Shown: positions 37,999 to 48,021 of the stretch, piece by piece
Layout: each line of letters starts with the position of its first letter
Position numbering within the stretch: the stretch's first letter is position 1
DNA from: an uncultured delta proteobacterium
GTDB taxonomy: Bacteria; Desulfobacterota; Desulfobacteria; Desulfobacterales; B30-G6
Direction: 5' to 3'
Assembly: GCA_963823335.1 (NCBI GenBank)
Contig: CAWGLD010000001.1
Coordinates: 544,001-608,000, forward strand
Length of the DNA: 64,000 nucleotides
Made by a program: the position numbers and the translations under genes
The notes under the pieces: generated by a model
The model's input: the letters and a program-made list of their open reading frames with translations, nothing else
Databases searched by the model: none
Told to the model about the DNA's origin: nothing

Positions 37999-38595
37999 AT
38001 GGAATGGAAGCGATTCATACAGGAACTTTATCTGCGGGCCGAGCCTTATCTGATAACGAGGAATGATTCCGTTCACACCCGGGTTGCCCATGGCTATGCA
38101 CTGCTTCTGCTCCAAAAGGAGGGCGGTGACCGCAACATCGTCGAACCGGCCATCATCCTTCACGATGTCGGGTGGTCGGCACTCAAACCGGAGGACATCG
38201 AGACTGCCTATGGGATTCGGGCCACGGGTGCAAAAGCGCGCGAGCTGAATCGTGTCCACGAAATCCAGGGCGCCGGAATTGCCGCAGAGATCCTCGCCGA
38301 CCTGGGTTGTGACACCATAAGCATCGACAGTATCGTAAAGATCATCGACCGCCACGATTCCGGAACGAGCCCCGATACATTGGAAGAGAAGCTGGTGAAA
38401 GATGCGGACAAACTTTGGCGTTTTTCAATAATCGGGTACTCTTACGAGTTGCAAAGGCAGGCCAGCACCCACACGGCAAGACACGCTTTTCTGTCCCAAA
38501 AGGTCGACAGCTGGTTTTTTACCCCAACCGCAAAAGCGCTGGCAGACAAAGAACTTCGGGCGCGCGACAAAGAAAACTACAAGGGTTCGATCTGA
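37999..38595 (+). CDS. HD-domain phosphohydrolase
   Basis: H...ILHDVGW...HE...HD...DADKL. Confidence 0.85.
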   Translation: MEWKRFIQELYLRAEPYLITRNDSVHTRVAHGYALLLLQKEGGDRNIVEPAIILHDVGWSALKPEDIETAYGIRATGAKARELNRVHEIQGAGIAAEILADLGCDTISIDSIVKIIDRHDSGTSPDTLEEKLVKDADKLWRFSIIGYSYELQRQASTHTARHAFLSQKVDSWFFTPTAKALADKELRARDKENYKGSI

Positions 38596-39413
38596 CATGT
38601 GGGGCAGATGTGACTGCTGCGCTGGCCCACCAGGATGCGTTGAATGGCGGAACCACAGCGCGGGCACGCCTGCCCGCCCCGGCGGAATACCTTGAGTTGA
38701 TCGGCATTGCGGCCCTGGCGACCGGCCACCGAGTAGAAATTTCCCGCGCCACCACCCAGGGTCGTACCCATGTTTCGCAGCCCGGTACGCAGCACATACG
38801 GTATGGCCCGGTGCAGGTCAGTGATTTCTTTTTTCGAAAGTGAACAGCTGATACGCAAGGGGTGAATTATAGCCTTCCAGAGCGCTTCGTCCACGTAGAT
38901 GTTGCCCAGACCGGCAATAAATCGCTGGTCCAGCAGCAGGGGCTTGATCTGGCGTCTGCAGGCCTCGAGCATCTTGCCAAAACGGGCCGCAGTGAAGTCA
39001 TCCGCCAGAGGTTCGGGCCCCAGTTTTCCCAGGACCGTCCCGGGGTCTTTGGTGAGGAGAATGCGGCCGAACTTGCGTGTATCCTGAAAGCGCAGCTCCC
39101 TCTTTTCCCCCAGATCCAGGATCACATGTTCGTGTCTGTTACGTTCCTTGCCCTTGAGCTCCCAGTTCAGATGCCCGGTCATACGCAGATGGATCAGCAG
39201 GGTCAGGCCCTGGGACAGCTCCATGACAATATATTTACCCCGACGCGTGATCTGCTGGATCGTGTGCCCCTCGATGCTTTTACAGAAGACAGCGGGCGTC
39301 ATTTCGGCAATGGTCCTGGGCCAGTACACCCTGGCACCGGCAATACAACACCCGGCGATCTTGAGCCCGTTCAGGTTGTCCACCACCGTCTGTACTTCAG
39401 GCAACTCGGGCAT
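38577..39413 (-). CDS. mutM: Formamidopyrimidine-DNA glycosylase
   Basis: MPELPEV, RRGKY, HLRMTG, GLGNIYVDE, C-terminal Zn finger. Confidence 0.96.
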   Translation of the reverse strand: MPELPEVQTVVDNLNGLKIAGCCIAGARVYWPRTIAEMTPAVFCKSIEGHTIQQITRRGKYIVMELSQGLTLLIHLRMTGHLNWELKGKERNRHEHVILDLGEKRELRFQDTRKFGRILLTKDPGTVLGKLGPEPLADDFTAARFGKMLEACRRQIKPLLLDQRFIAGLGNIYVDEALWKAIIHPLRISCSLSKKEITDLHRAIPYVLRTGLRNMGTTLGGGAGNFYSVAGRQGRNADQLKVFRRGGQACPRCGSAIQRILVGQRSSHICPTCQIEPL

Positions 39414-39425
39414 GATGACGTTCCT

Positions 39426-40268
39426 TTACCTGCCCAACCGTTGCAGCTCCACCTCCACGGCAGCTGAAAAACTCTCCAGGCTGCGTTGCCGCTGCAGACG
39501 CCCGTTGATGTATACCGCGGGCGTACCCCTGACATCGGCTTCTCTGGCCCATTGCACGTCCTTTAAAATCTGATCCGTCACCTGGGCTGCCTTGCGCTGG
39601 GTGTCGAAAGCGCTCTTGTCCAGATCGAGACTGACGCGGATCTCTTCCACCTTGGCCTCATTCAGGCTGTTGTAACTGGCAAAAAGAGCATCGTGAAATT
39701 CCCAGAAACGACCCTGGGCATGGGCCGCCAGGGCGGCAGCGGCGGCTTGACGCGCAAATTTGTGACTGCGCAAAGGAAAATTTTTGAAGACGAGCTTGAC
39801 CTGTTGGGGATATTTCTCGAGCAACTGCTCGAGTACCGGCGCGAGCCGGGCGCAGTAAGGTCATTGAAAATCGGTAAAAACCACCACCGCCACGGCTGCG
39901 TCCAGAGCTCCCTTGGTGGGGGAACCGTCAACGGGAATATCCACGATGAACGTCAGGATGAGCTCCTGGATACGATTGCCGGCGGAGTTGACCAGATAGA
40001 GACGATCCTCTGCCGGACCCGCTTGAATGCCGTCCACTCCGGGATCCACCGTCAGGGTGTCGTACAGTTCGCCGGTGCTCTTGAAAATCTGCAGTTTGGC
40101 ATCTGCCGTGAGCACATAGATATAGCGCCCGTTACCCGGAACGACCAGGTCAACAGGTGTTGCCTTGAGCTGGAAGGTACGTACCACCTGGGCCTCCACT
40201 TCGGCCTGAGCCGGGGAAACCACTGCCAGTAATAAAATTAGCGATATCAGCCAATGGTGTGCTTTCAT
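39426..40268 (-). CDS. Secreted DsbA-like selenoprotein (UPYC), 280 aa
   Basis: Track ORFs 39861-40268 and 39426-39824 are one frame joined by TGA 39863-39861: FTDFQ-U-PYCARL...FPL...GTP; N-terminal signal peptide; hairpins follow the TGA. Confidence 0.88.
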
Positions 40269-40545
40269 AAAAACATCCTTGATCCATTACAGGTAACGCG
40301 GGTTGCTTCACCCCACAGGTTCGGCTCATCCAGGAACGCATTGTTCCCATGTAGACATAACGCAATCGACATCAACGTCTATCATATTGTCGAAGCAAAT
40401 AAAAGCCCTACCCACCTGCCGATTGACAACAACACCCACAGCAGGTATTCTCACAACAAACACCACGCAAAGAGAAGGACGAAGGGCTTAGGAATGAGGA
40501 CTGAGTTGCTGGAAAGCGACTGTCAGCCATCAGCTGTTAGCCGAC

Positions 40546-40591
40546 TTAAAACCTAACACCTAAAACTTAAAACCGTCTTAAACTTAAAACC
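40546..40591 (+). repeat. CTAAAAC/CTAACAC heptamer tract
   Basis: CTTAAAACCTAACACCTAAAACTTAAAACC...CTTAAAACC upstream of lutA. Confidence 0.55.
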
Positions 40592-40600
40592 AGAATTAAT

Positions 40601-41332
40601 ATGGATTCAGTTAAAAATATCACCCTCTTCGTCCAGTGCCTGGTGGATGGTCTCTATCCAGAGGTGGGAGAGGCCATGCTGACGATCTTCAAGCGTCTCG
40701 GCATCCAGGTGGACTGCCCCATGGACCAGACCTGCTGCGGCCAGCCCGCCTTCAACGCCGGTCATCGAAAGGCCGCCAGGGTAGCCGCCAGGAGGTTCAT
40801 TGAAATTTTCGAACACGCGGAGTGGATTGTCTGCCCTTCGGGATCCTGCGTCAACATGGTAAAAAACCATTATCCGGACCTTTTCGAAGATGATGCTGTG
40901 TGGGCCGAGCGGGCAAAGCAGGTGGGACAGCGAACCTATGAACTGAGTCAGTTTCTGGTGGACATTCTGAGCGTCGAGGACCTGGGTGCCGCCCATCACG
41001 GCAAAATAACCTACCATGACTCCTGCCACCTGCTCAGAGGTCTGGGTGTCGGGGAACAGCCACGGCGTCTGATACGGCATGTAAAACAGGCTGAATTTGT
41101 CGAGATGAAAGATTCGGACCGCTGTTGCGGGTTCGGGGGAACCTTTTCGGTCAAATACCCGGACATCTCAACGGCCATGGTGGACGACAAGATCCGCAAC
41201 ATTCTCGCAACCGGGGCCGATACCGTTACCGGTTGCGACATCAGCTGTCTCATGAACATCCAGGGCAGACTCAGCCGCATAGGGTCATCTATCAAGGTGT
41301 TGCATATTGCGCAATTGTTGGCAGATAAATAG
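40601..41332 (+). CDS. lutA: Lactate utilisation protein A (CCG Fe-S)
   Basis: QTCCGQP, PSGSC, YHDSCH, CCGFGGTFS. Confidence 0.88.
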   Translation: MDSVKNITLFVQCLVDGLYPEVGEAMLTIFKRLGIQVDCPMDQTCCGQPAFNAGHRKAARVAARRFIEIFEHAEWIVCPSGSCVNMVKNHYPDLFEDDAVWAERAKQVGQRTYELSQFLVDILSVEDLGAAHHGKITYHDSCHLLRGLGVGEQPRRLIRHVKQAEFVEMKDSDRCCGFGGTFSVKYPDISTAMVDDKIRNILATGADTVTGCDISCLMNIQGRLSRIGSSIKVLHIAQLLADK

Positions 41333-41365
41333 CTGTTATAGAGGCCAAGGATCGAGAAAAGAAAT

Positions 41366-41531
41366 TGTCATTTGCTTCGCGATATTTATGGTCATTTACT
41401 TCGTGTCATTTATTGTAGCTATCAGCTATGAGCAACAATAAATGACGCCCGCAGGGCAAATGTCGCGCGCAGCGCAAATGACATCCGAAGGATTAATGAC
41501 GCCCGCAGGGCAAACGGCGTCCGAAGGAAAT
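41366..41531 (+). repeat. Mini-hairpin array 2 (5 units of 18 bp)
   Basis: Same linker/hairpin units and the same GCTA(A/T)GAGCAACAATAAAT leader as array 1; inverted units upstream. Confidence 0.8.
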
Positions 41532-41532
41532 A

Positions 41533-42945
41533 ATGAAACCATCGAGCTACACGCGTCTGTCCCAATCGGCCATAAAAGATCCTGTGCTCCACACCGCCCT
41601 GGCAAACCTCCAGGAACGGTTCGGCAAGGGCGCGGCCCTGGGGTACCGGAAATTTCCGGAGGGACCGGGGCTGCGTCTCAAGGCCCATGATATCCGCATG
41701 AATGCCATCGAAAATCTCGACATCCTGCTGGAAACCCTCGCCCGAAACATCCGCGGAAACGGAGGCCATGTTCATTTTGCCCGGGATGCCCAGACGGCTG
41801 TGGACTGCTGTCTCGACATCGCCCGTAAGCATGACGTGAGCATGGCGGTCAAGGGCAAATCCATGCTCAGTGAAGAAATCGGGCTCAACAAGGCCCTTCA
41901 AGAGGCCGGTATCGAAGCCGTGGAGACCGATCTGGGGGAATACATCATCCAGCTGGCCGGCGAAACACCGTCCCACATCATCGCACCCGCCGTTCACAAA
42001 ACCCGGCAGCAGGTGGGCCGTCTCTTTCAGAAAAAGCTGGGTATCCCCTATTCCGAGGATCCGCCCACCCTGACCCTGGCTGCCAGAAAAGCCCTGCGGG
42101 AAAAATTTTTGAAAGCCGAAATGGGCATCTCGGGCTGCAACCTGGCCTGTGCTGAAACCGGTCACATCACCACCGTGTCCAACGAGGGCAATATCCGCAT
42201 GTCCACCACCCTGCCCCGGGTGCACGTGGCCTTCATGGGCATGGAACGGGTTGTGGCCGATCTCAAGGACCACGAAATTTTTTTCCGTCTGCTTTCCATG
42301 GGCGGTGCCGCCCAGAACATGGCTGGCTATGTCAGCTACCGCGGCGGCCTGGGAGACAAAGGCCTCCTGGGCGGACCGGGTGAGTTTCATCTGATCGTCA
42401 TCGACAACGGTCGCAGCCGGATCCTCGCCGATCCCGACTTCAAGGAGATGCTCTGCTGCATCCGTTGCGGGGGCTGTCTCAACATCTGCCCGGTATACGG
42501 GGAAATCGGCGGACATGCTTACAATTCCCCTTATTCCGGACCGGTGGGGGCTGTTGTCACGCCCCTGTTACAAGGGATCAACCGCCATGCCGACCTCTGC
42601 CAGGGAGAGTCTCTGTGCGGGGCCTGCATGGATGCCTGCCCCGTCAACATCGACATCCCCCGCATGCTGCTTCGGCTGCGCCAGAAACTGGCCGAGGGAG
42701 ACCCCTCCTGGAATGTCACGATCAAGAGTCGCCTGGATCAGGCCGTTTTTGCCGCCTGGTCACTCCTGATCCGCAATCCGCGTCTTTACGATTTGTTTCT
42801 AAAATCCGCTGTTGTGGGTCAGAAATTTCTGCCCGGAAAAGAACAGATGATCTCCAGGCTCCCTTTTTCCGGCAAAGGCTGGACCGACAGCCGGGATCTC
42901 AAGAAATTCGCCCAAAAGCGCTTTTTGGATCGTGGAAGATCATGA
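41533..42945 (+). CDS. lutB: Lactate utilisation protein B (Fe-S)
   Basis: KGKSMLSEE, ETDLGEYIIQL, NEGN, CIRCGGCLNICP, CGACMDACPV. Confidence 0.9.
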   Translation: MKPSSYTRLSQSAIKDPVLHTALANLQERFGKGAALGYRKFPEGPGLRLKAHDIRMNAIENLDILLETLARNIRGNGGHVHFARDAQTAVDCCLDIARKHDVSMAVKGKSMLSEEIGLNKALQEAGIEAVETDLGEYIIQLAGETPSHIIAPAVHKTRQQVGRLFQKKLGIPYSEDPPTLTLAARKALREKFLKAEMGISGCNLACAETGHITTVSNEGNIRMSTTLPRVHVAFMGMERVVADLKDHEIFFRLLSMGGAAQNMAGYVSYRGGLGDKGLLGGPGEFHLIVIDNGRSRILADPDFKEMLCCIRCGGCLNICPVYGEIGGHAYNSPYSGPVGAVVTPLLQGINRHADLCQGESLCGACMDACPVNIDIPRMLLRLRQKLAEGDPSWNVTIKSRLDQAVFAAWSLLIRNPRLYDLFLKSAVVGQKFLPGKEQMISRLPFSGKGWTDSRDLKKFAQKRFLDRGRS

Positions 42946-43742
42946 AACCAATCAAACCAGTAAATGGCCAATCCCCGATCCCCGTCGATCAAACCCGATT
43001 CATCGCTAACATCAAAAAAGCCCTGGGACGGTCCGATTTCGAGCATCGCCGAATGGAAGACCTCATTCAAACCAGCCCCGATAGCAACGATCTTGCCTTG
43101 ATGCAAACCATCCAGAGCCGTGACCGAAAAATGCGACTCACCCTCCTGGACAGGATGATGGAGGTTGCCAAAACCATCAACACGAAAGTCGCGGCGGCAG
43201 AAACCAAAACCCAGATCGCGGCGGCCATTGCTAAAATCGCCATTGATTCAAATGCGGAATGGGGCGACGGAAAATCCATCGTGGCCTGGGATCATCCCCT
43301 GGTGAATGGCCTGGATCTGCCCGCAGCCATGCAACCCCTGGGTGTTCCGGTCTATTTTCCGGAAAACGACGCCTGCAGTGCCGGAGCAAAGACTTTCCGC
43401 AAACAGTCCGAGACCGCCTTGATGGGCATAACCTCGGCTGATTTCGGTCTGGCGGAAACCGCTACCCTGACCATGAAAACCCGCCCCGGACAACCCCTGC
43501 ACGTCTCCCTTCTACCCTCCATCCACATCGCCGTGATCCGGCTGGAACAAATCCTGTCCAATCTCAAGGAGTTTTACGCCCTGCTCAAATGGGACCCCGC
43601 ACAACAGGCTGAGGGTCTCACCCACAGCATGTCCTTTATCACCGGCCCCAGCAAAACCGCCGATATCGAAGCCACCCTGGTCCACGGCGCCCATGGCCCC
43701 AGGGAGCTGGTTATCTTCGTTTTGAAAAATGAAACGAGCTGA
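42942..43742 (+). CDS. lutC: Lactate utilisation protein C (LUD domain)
   Basis: AETAT, SLLPSIHIA, ITGPSKTADIE, GAHGP; ATGA overlap with lutB. Confidence 0.88.
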   Translation: MKPIKPVNGQSPIPVDQTRFIANIKKALGRSDFEHRRMEDLIQTSPDSNDLALMQTIQSRDRKMRLTLLDRMMEVAKTINTKVAAAETKTQIAAAIAKIAIDSNAEWGDGKSIVAWDHPLVNGLDLPAAMQPLGVPVYFPENDACSAGAKTFRKQSETALMGITSADFGLAETATLTMKTRPGQPLHVSLLPSIHIAVIRLEQILSNLKEFYALLKWDPAQQAEGLTHSMSFITGPSKTADIEATLVHGAHGPRELVIFVLKNETS

Positions 43743-43797
43743 AACCAGCAATTACGTCTAACATCTCACATTTTGCGTCTCCCTCCCTGAAACTATG

Positions 43798-44361
43798 TCA
43801 TTTCCGATTTAATCGCCAGCGCTGGCTGGTCAGCATAAAATTGGGCAAATGCCCCTTGCTGCTCACGTCCCGCGCCATCTCGGTCATGTAAAAAGCATCG
43901 GGATCTTCTTTCCGGACAGCGGCCAGTATGCGCTGCAAATCGCGTCGGCGACAGGCAATGCATAGTTCGTCCACGGGCCCACGCATACCCTCACCCCTGA
44001 AAACGGTCACCGGCTGTCCCATGGCTCGAATGCAACTCGCCAATGTTTTTCCGGCAGTTCTCGTGATCACCCGCAGAATAATGAAACCCAGTGCCAGTCT
44101 ACGTTCAAGATTGATACCGACCACGTTGCCGGTCGCATACCCAAAGGCATAAAAAAGAGCCAGTATGGGTTGCTCGTTGATCTTGTGAATCACCGTACTC
44201 ACCACCGTTATCCAGATCAGGAGTTCAAATATACCCAGGAAAAATGCGATGACTCTACGGCCCTGAACCGTTACGATGATCCTGACCGTCCCGAGGGATA
44301 CGTCGACAATACGCATTACAAAAATGAGCAAACCCGTAGATAAAACATTTAAATCAATCAT
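43798..44361 (-). CDS. UPF0316/DUF2179 membrane protein
   Basis: RIVDVSLGTVR, YAFGYATGNVVG, DPDAF. Confidence 0.8.
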   Translation of the reverse strand: MIDLNVLSTGLLIFVMRIVDVSLGTVRIIVTVQGRRVIAFFLGIFELLIWITVVSTVIHKINEQPILALFYAFGYATGNVVGINLERRLALGFIILRVITRTAGKTLASCIRAMGQPVTVFRGEGMRGPVDELCIACRRRDLQRILAAVRKEDPDAFYMTEMARDVSSKGHLPNFMLTSQRWRLNRK

Positions 44362-44413
44362 TTCAACATCCTGTCAATTGAGAATCTGTGAAAAAAGGCA
44401 AACGTCGATGGGC

Positions 44414-45910
44414 TCACGTCCCGCAAAAGGTTTGATAGGGTTGCGCCGAAGGGGGCGGGGGCTGGTGATAGCCGGTCTGTTCCGGTGGATCTTGGTAGGG
44501 TTGAGACAGAGCACCCAGCAGTTTTTCCATGACCGTAAAATCCGACCATTCCACGGCCGCCGCCAAGGCCTCTTCCACCCGGTGGTTGCGGGGGATGACC
44601 GCCGGGTTGTGGGTGCTCATGAGCCGGCGGGATGCCTCCCAGGAATCGGGTTGTCGTTGTAACCGGGCCTGCCAGCGCTCGAACCAATGCTTAAAATCCA
44701 GGGCCCGGAACACGGAGGCCTTCGGCAAGGAACCGGATACCAGGTCCCGGAAGGTGTTGGTAAAATCCGCGCCGTGTCGGTGCATGCAATCGAGCAGGTC
44801 CTCAACCAGGGCACCGTCCTCCGCTTCCTGGTTTAACAGTCCCAGTTTGGATCTAAAGCCTGACAGCCAGTAGTGACGGAAGGTGTCTGAAAATCCGGAG
44901 ACTGCCTCTTTTGCCATGGATACGGCCTCCTGCGGATCCTCGTGAATTAGCGGCAACAGCGTCTCGGCAAACCGAGCAAGATTCCATTGGGCGATCTTTG
45001 GTTGCCGACCGTAGGCGTATCGGCCGTGGTGATCGATGGAACTGAAAACGGTATTCGGATCGTAGGCGTCCATGAACGCGCAGGGACCGTAGTCGATGGT
45101 TTCACCGCAAAGGGCCATGTTATCCGTGTTCATGACGCCGTGGATGAAGCCAACCACTAGCCAGCGGGCCACCAGGGACGCCTGCCGCTCCATGACAGCC
45201 CCAAGCAGGGCAAGATACGGGTTTCTGTCCGTGGCCAGATCAGGAAAGTGGCGACGGATGGTGTAATCGGCCAGCATCCGGGTTTCGTTGGGCTTGCTCC
45301 TTGCCGCCGCATACTCGAAAGTGCCCACGCGGATGTGGCTGGCCGCCGTTCGGGTGAGGATCGCCCCCTGCAGGGCGGTTTCACGGAACACCTGTTCACC
45401 AGTGGTCACCACCGCAAGGCTGCGGGTCGTCGGTATATCCAGGGCGTGCATGGCCTCGCTGATGATATACTCCCGAAGCATCGGGCCCAAGGCCGCCCGT
45501 CCGTCCCCCTGCCGCGAAAACGGGGTCTTGCCGGACCCTTTGTACTGGATGTCGAATCGTTCACCTTCCGGTGTCACCTGCTCGCCCAGCAATATTGCCC
45601 GCCCATCGCCCAGCATGGTGAAAGAACCGAATTGATGCCCCGCATAGGCTTGAGCGAGAGGCTCGGCTCCCTCGGGAAGCCTGTTGCCCGAGAAAACGGC
45701 AGCGCCCTCGTCGCCCTTTAGAGCATCCGGATTCAGCCCTAAAAACTGCGCCAGCACTAGATTGAAAATCACCAGTCTCGGCTTATGCACCGGTACTGGA
45801 CTCAGTCGGGCATAGAAAGCCTCCGGCAACCTTGCGTAGCTGTTCTCGAATTTCCACCCGGTGTCCGGGCGGTTCTGTCTGATGCTTGGCACCATAGAAT
45901 TCTTCTGCAT
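44414..45910 (-). CDS. selO: Protein adenylyltransferase SelO (YdiU)
   Basis: [37 protein letters not shown]-terminal TFCGT. Confidence 0.93.
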   Translation of the reverse strand: MQKNSMVPSIRQNRPDTGWKFENSYARLPEAFYARLSPVPVHKPRLVIFNLVLAQFLGLNPDALKGDEGAAVFSGNRLPEGAEPLAQAYAGHQFGSFTMLGDGRAILLGEQVTPEGERFDIQYKGSGKTPFSRQGDGRAALGPMLREYIISEAMHALDIPTTRSLAVVTTGEQVFRETALQGAILTRTAASHIRVGTFEYAAARSKPNETRMLADYTIRRHFPDLATDRNPYLALLGAVMERQASLVARWLVVGFIHGVMNTDNMALCGETIDYGPCAFMDAYDPNTVFSSIDHHGRYAYGRQPKIAQWNLARFAETLLPLIHEDPQEAVSMAKEAVSGFSDTFRHYWLSGFRSKLGLLNQEAEDGALVEDLLDCMHRHGADFTNTFRDLVSGSLPKASVFRALDFKHWFERWQARLQRQPDSWEASRRLMSTHNPAVIPRNHRVEEALAAAVEWSDFTVMEKLLGALSQPYQDPPEQTGYHQPPPPSAQPYQTFCGT

Positions 45911-46331
45911 AGCAAATTATGTCCTAATTTGAACGATTGTTGAGCTTGCCGCAGATATAAGGAAGATGCGCTAAGGTCGGCAATCCCAACAGGCTCTAAG
46001 TTTTAAGAAGTTAAATAGATTTATTCCTTTGATATTATTTATAATTTAAGTTTCTTATGACATGATAATCAGTCATGTATGGCATGACAACTATTAATTT
46101 GCATAATTTTTAATTGGTCGTATCGTGCTGATCGGTATCACCCTTGCTGAAGTGGACTGCATAAATTACGATTTGCATTAGGACAATGAAAATCCAGCGC
46201 ACTTTTTTTATGAGAGCTGGAAATCCCGTGAGCTTTGACATAGTGTCCCTATTCTTGTATTCGTAATCTAATATTTCCGGCCTACTCAAATTATTTTGTC
46301 TAATCCAAACAAATACCATTCGGGATTAACT

Positions 46332-47738
46332 ATGAAATTGCTAAACAAAGAAACGATCGAAACTATTTATGAAAAAGCCACAGACATATTGGCAAGTGTT
46401 GGCGTAGAATTTGAGACGGACAGCGCAATAGAACTGTTTAAAAAAAATGCTGCAAAAGTAGAGGGCAAAAGAGTCTTTATCTCTCCGTCCTTGTTGACAT
46501 CGGCCTTGGATTCACTTCCAAAGGTCAAATATATTCCTACACACAACAAACGACTCGTTGCTGCTTCCCCATTTTCCAATGCCCCCATGATCATAGATGA
46601 TATCACTGAGAAAATACGGCGTGGCAACACTCAAGATGCCATCAAAATGTATCAGCTCGCCGAAACCTGTGACCTATATGAATCTACAAATCCCGGAGTT
46701 GTTGACCCCGAAGACAACGACAGTGAAGACCAGTATATCGGTCAAATTGCGATGATGCTGAAATATTCAGATAAATTTCCAAATTTAAGTTTGCGTGCCA
46801 CAAAATCGAATACAAAAAACAATGATGTTTACACCAGTGCCAAAAAAGCAATCCAACTGATCAAAGAAATCAAAGGTGATGACAGCAAACCGGTCATGGG
46901 ACAGGGGATTTGCCCAATGGCACCTTTGTCTTATGATGAGGAAGGCCTGATAAATTTGACTGTTTTGGTTGAGGAAGAACAAGATATAACGATTTTCCCT
47001 TGTACCCTGTCCTTTATGACCGGACCAGAAAGTCTGTTGGGCATCGTTGTTCACGACATTGCCATTTGCTTGGCAGGAATGGTTTATATTCAGCTACTTA
47101 AACCCGGCACAGGTGTGTCTTTCAGTAATTTTTCTACAATGACAGACATGCGCTCTTTACAACCGGTATACGGCAGCCCAGAATTTCTTCATGTTCAGAT
47201 CATGTTTTATGAAGTTTGCCTTCACCTTGAAATGAACTGTATTCTTGGCGGGTGCTTAGCCGATGGCACCCGAAACGATTATCAGGGCGGATTTGAATCC
47301 TGTTTCACATCGATTGCTCCCTTCTATATGACCCGTGTAGAGGAAGTCTGGTGTTATCCCGGTCTTATGGCAGCCTTTGCCGGGGGAAGTTTTAAGAAGA
47401 TGATTCTTGATGAGGAATTAATAATCAACTGCAATCGGACACTTCAGGGGCTGAACCTTTCTTTTGATCCCATGCTCAAAGAAAAACTGGCAGAATCAGT
47501 GAAGACAAAAAGCTTTTTGACGATCGGCTCCCCGGCCATCTACAGAAAAGAACAGAGAGTAACCAATATTTTTGATAAAAAAGGAATAAGCCTAAACAAT
47601 GATTCTTCGGAAATAACTGTGGACATCAATGTTTCTAAAGAAATAGAAAAAAGATGTGCGGCATACGTTCTTCCAGATCGAAGCAAAACACAAATGAACC
47701 AGCTGCAAAAATATCTGCCAACGCAATGTAAATATTAA
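46332..47738 (+). CDS. Trimethylamine methyltransferase (MttB) superfamily, non-pyrrolysine
   Basis: IYEKATDILASVGVEF, TDMRS...YGSPE, DYQGGFES, KMILDEE; no in-frame TAG; AT-rich. Confidence 0.75.
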   Translation: MKLLNKETIETIYEKATDILASVGVEFETDSAIELFKKNAAKVEGKRVFISPSLLTSALDSLPKVKYIPTHNKRLVAASPFSNAPMIIDDITEKIRRGNTQDAIKMYQLAETCDLYESTNPGVVDPEDNDSEDQYIGQIAMMLKYSDKFPNLSLRATKSNTKNNDVYTSAKKAIQLIKEIKGDDSKPVMGQGICPMAPLSYDEEGLINLTVLVEEEQDITIFPCTLSFMTGPESLLGIVVHDIAICLAGMVYIQLLKPGTGVSFSNFSTMTDMRSLQPVYGSPEFLHVQIMFYEVCLHLEMNCILGGCLADGTRNDYQGGFESCFTSIAPFYMTRVEEVWCYPGLMAAFAGGSFKKMILDEELIINCNRTLQGLNLSFDPMLKEKLAESVKTKSFLTIGSPAIYRKEQRVTNIFDKKGISLNNDSSEITVDINVSKEIEKRCAAYVLPDRSKTQMNQLQKYLPTQCKY

Positions 47739-48021
47739 CACCCGTTTCGACCCACCTGCCCCGCAACACAGCTGATAGTCAAGATGCCCATGGCAGCGGG
47801 AAACCGATCTGATATATCGTCTTGCAGGATCATTTTTATAGGCTAAATGGGCCCTCTAAGACTAAAAAACGGCACTAAACAGTATATATTTACCCTATAT
47901 TCAGTAGGATACCCCGGTCCGACCCGCATTTTAAGCCATTGGAGCCTCCTTTCATTTTAAGATTATGGGATAGTCTTTGAAAAATGATCTTACAAAATCT
48001 GATAGGAATGGCAATCTTGCA

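Noticed and set aside
44414-44430. Selenocysteine at the SelO C-terminus
   Set aside because: Ends FCGT-TGA, a normal bacterial terminus; the TGA is not at a Cys-equivalent position.
46110-46319. Small hydrophobic ORF upstream of the MttB-like gene
   Set aside because: No recognisable family; cannot be supported from sequence alone.
46332-47738. Pyrrolysine-containing MttB
   Set aside because: No in-frame TAG; the ORF is continuous.
47752-47810. Cobalamin riboswitch (CTGCCCCGCAAC ... GGGAA)
   Set aside because: Lacks the upstream GGGAA/GGTG-AATCC and B12-box elements, and lies downstream of a gene.
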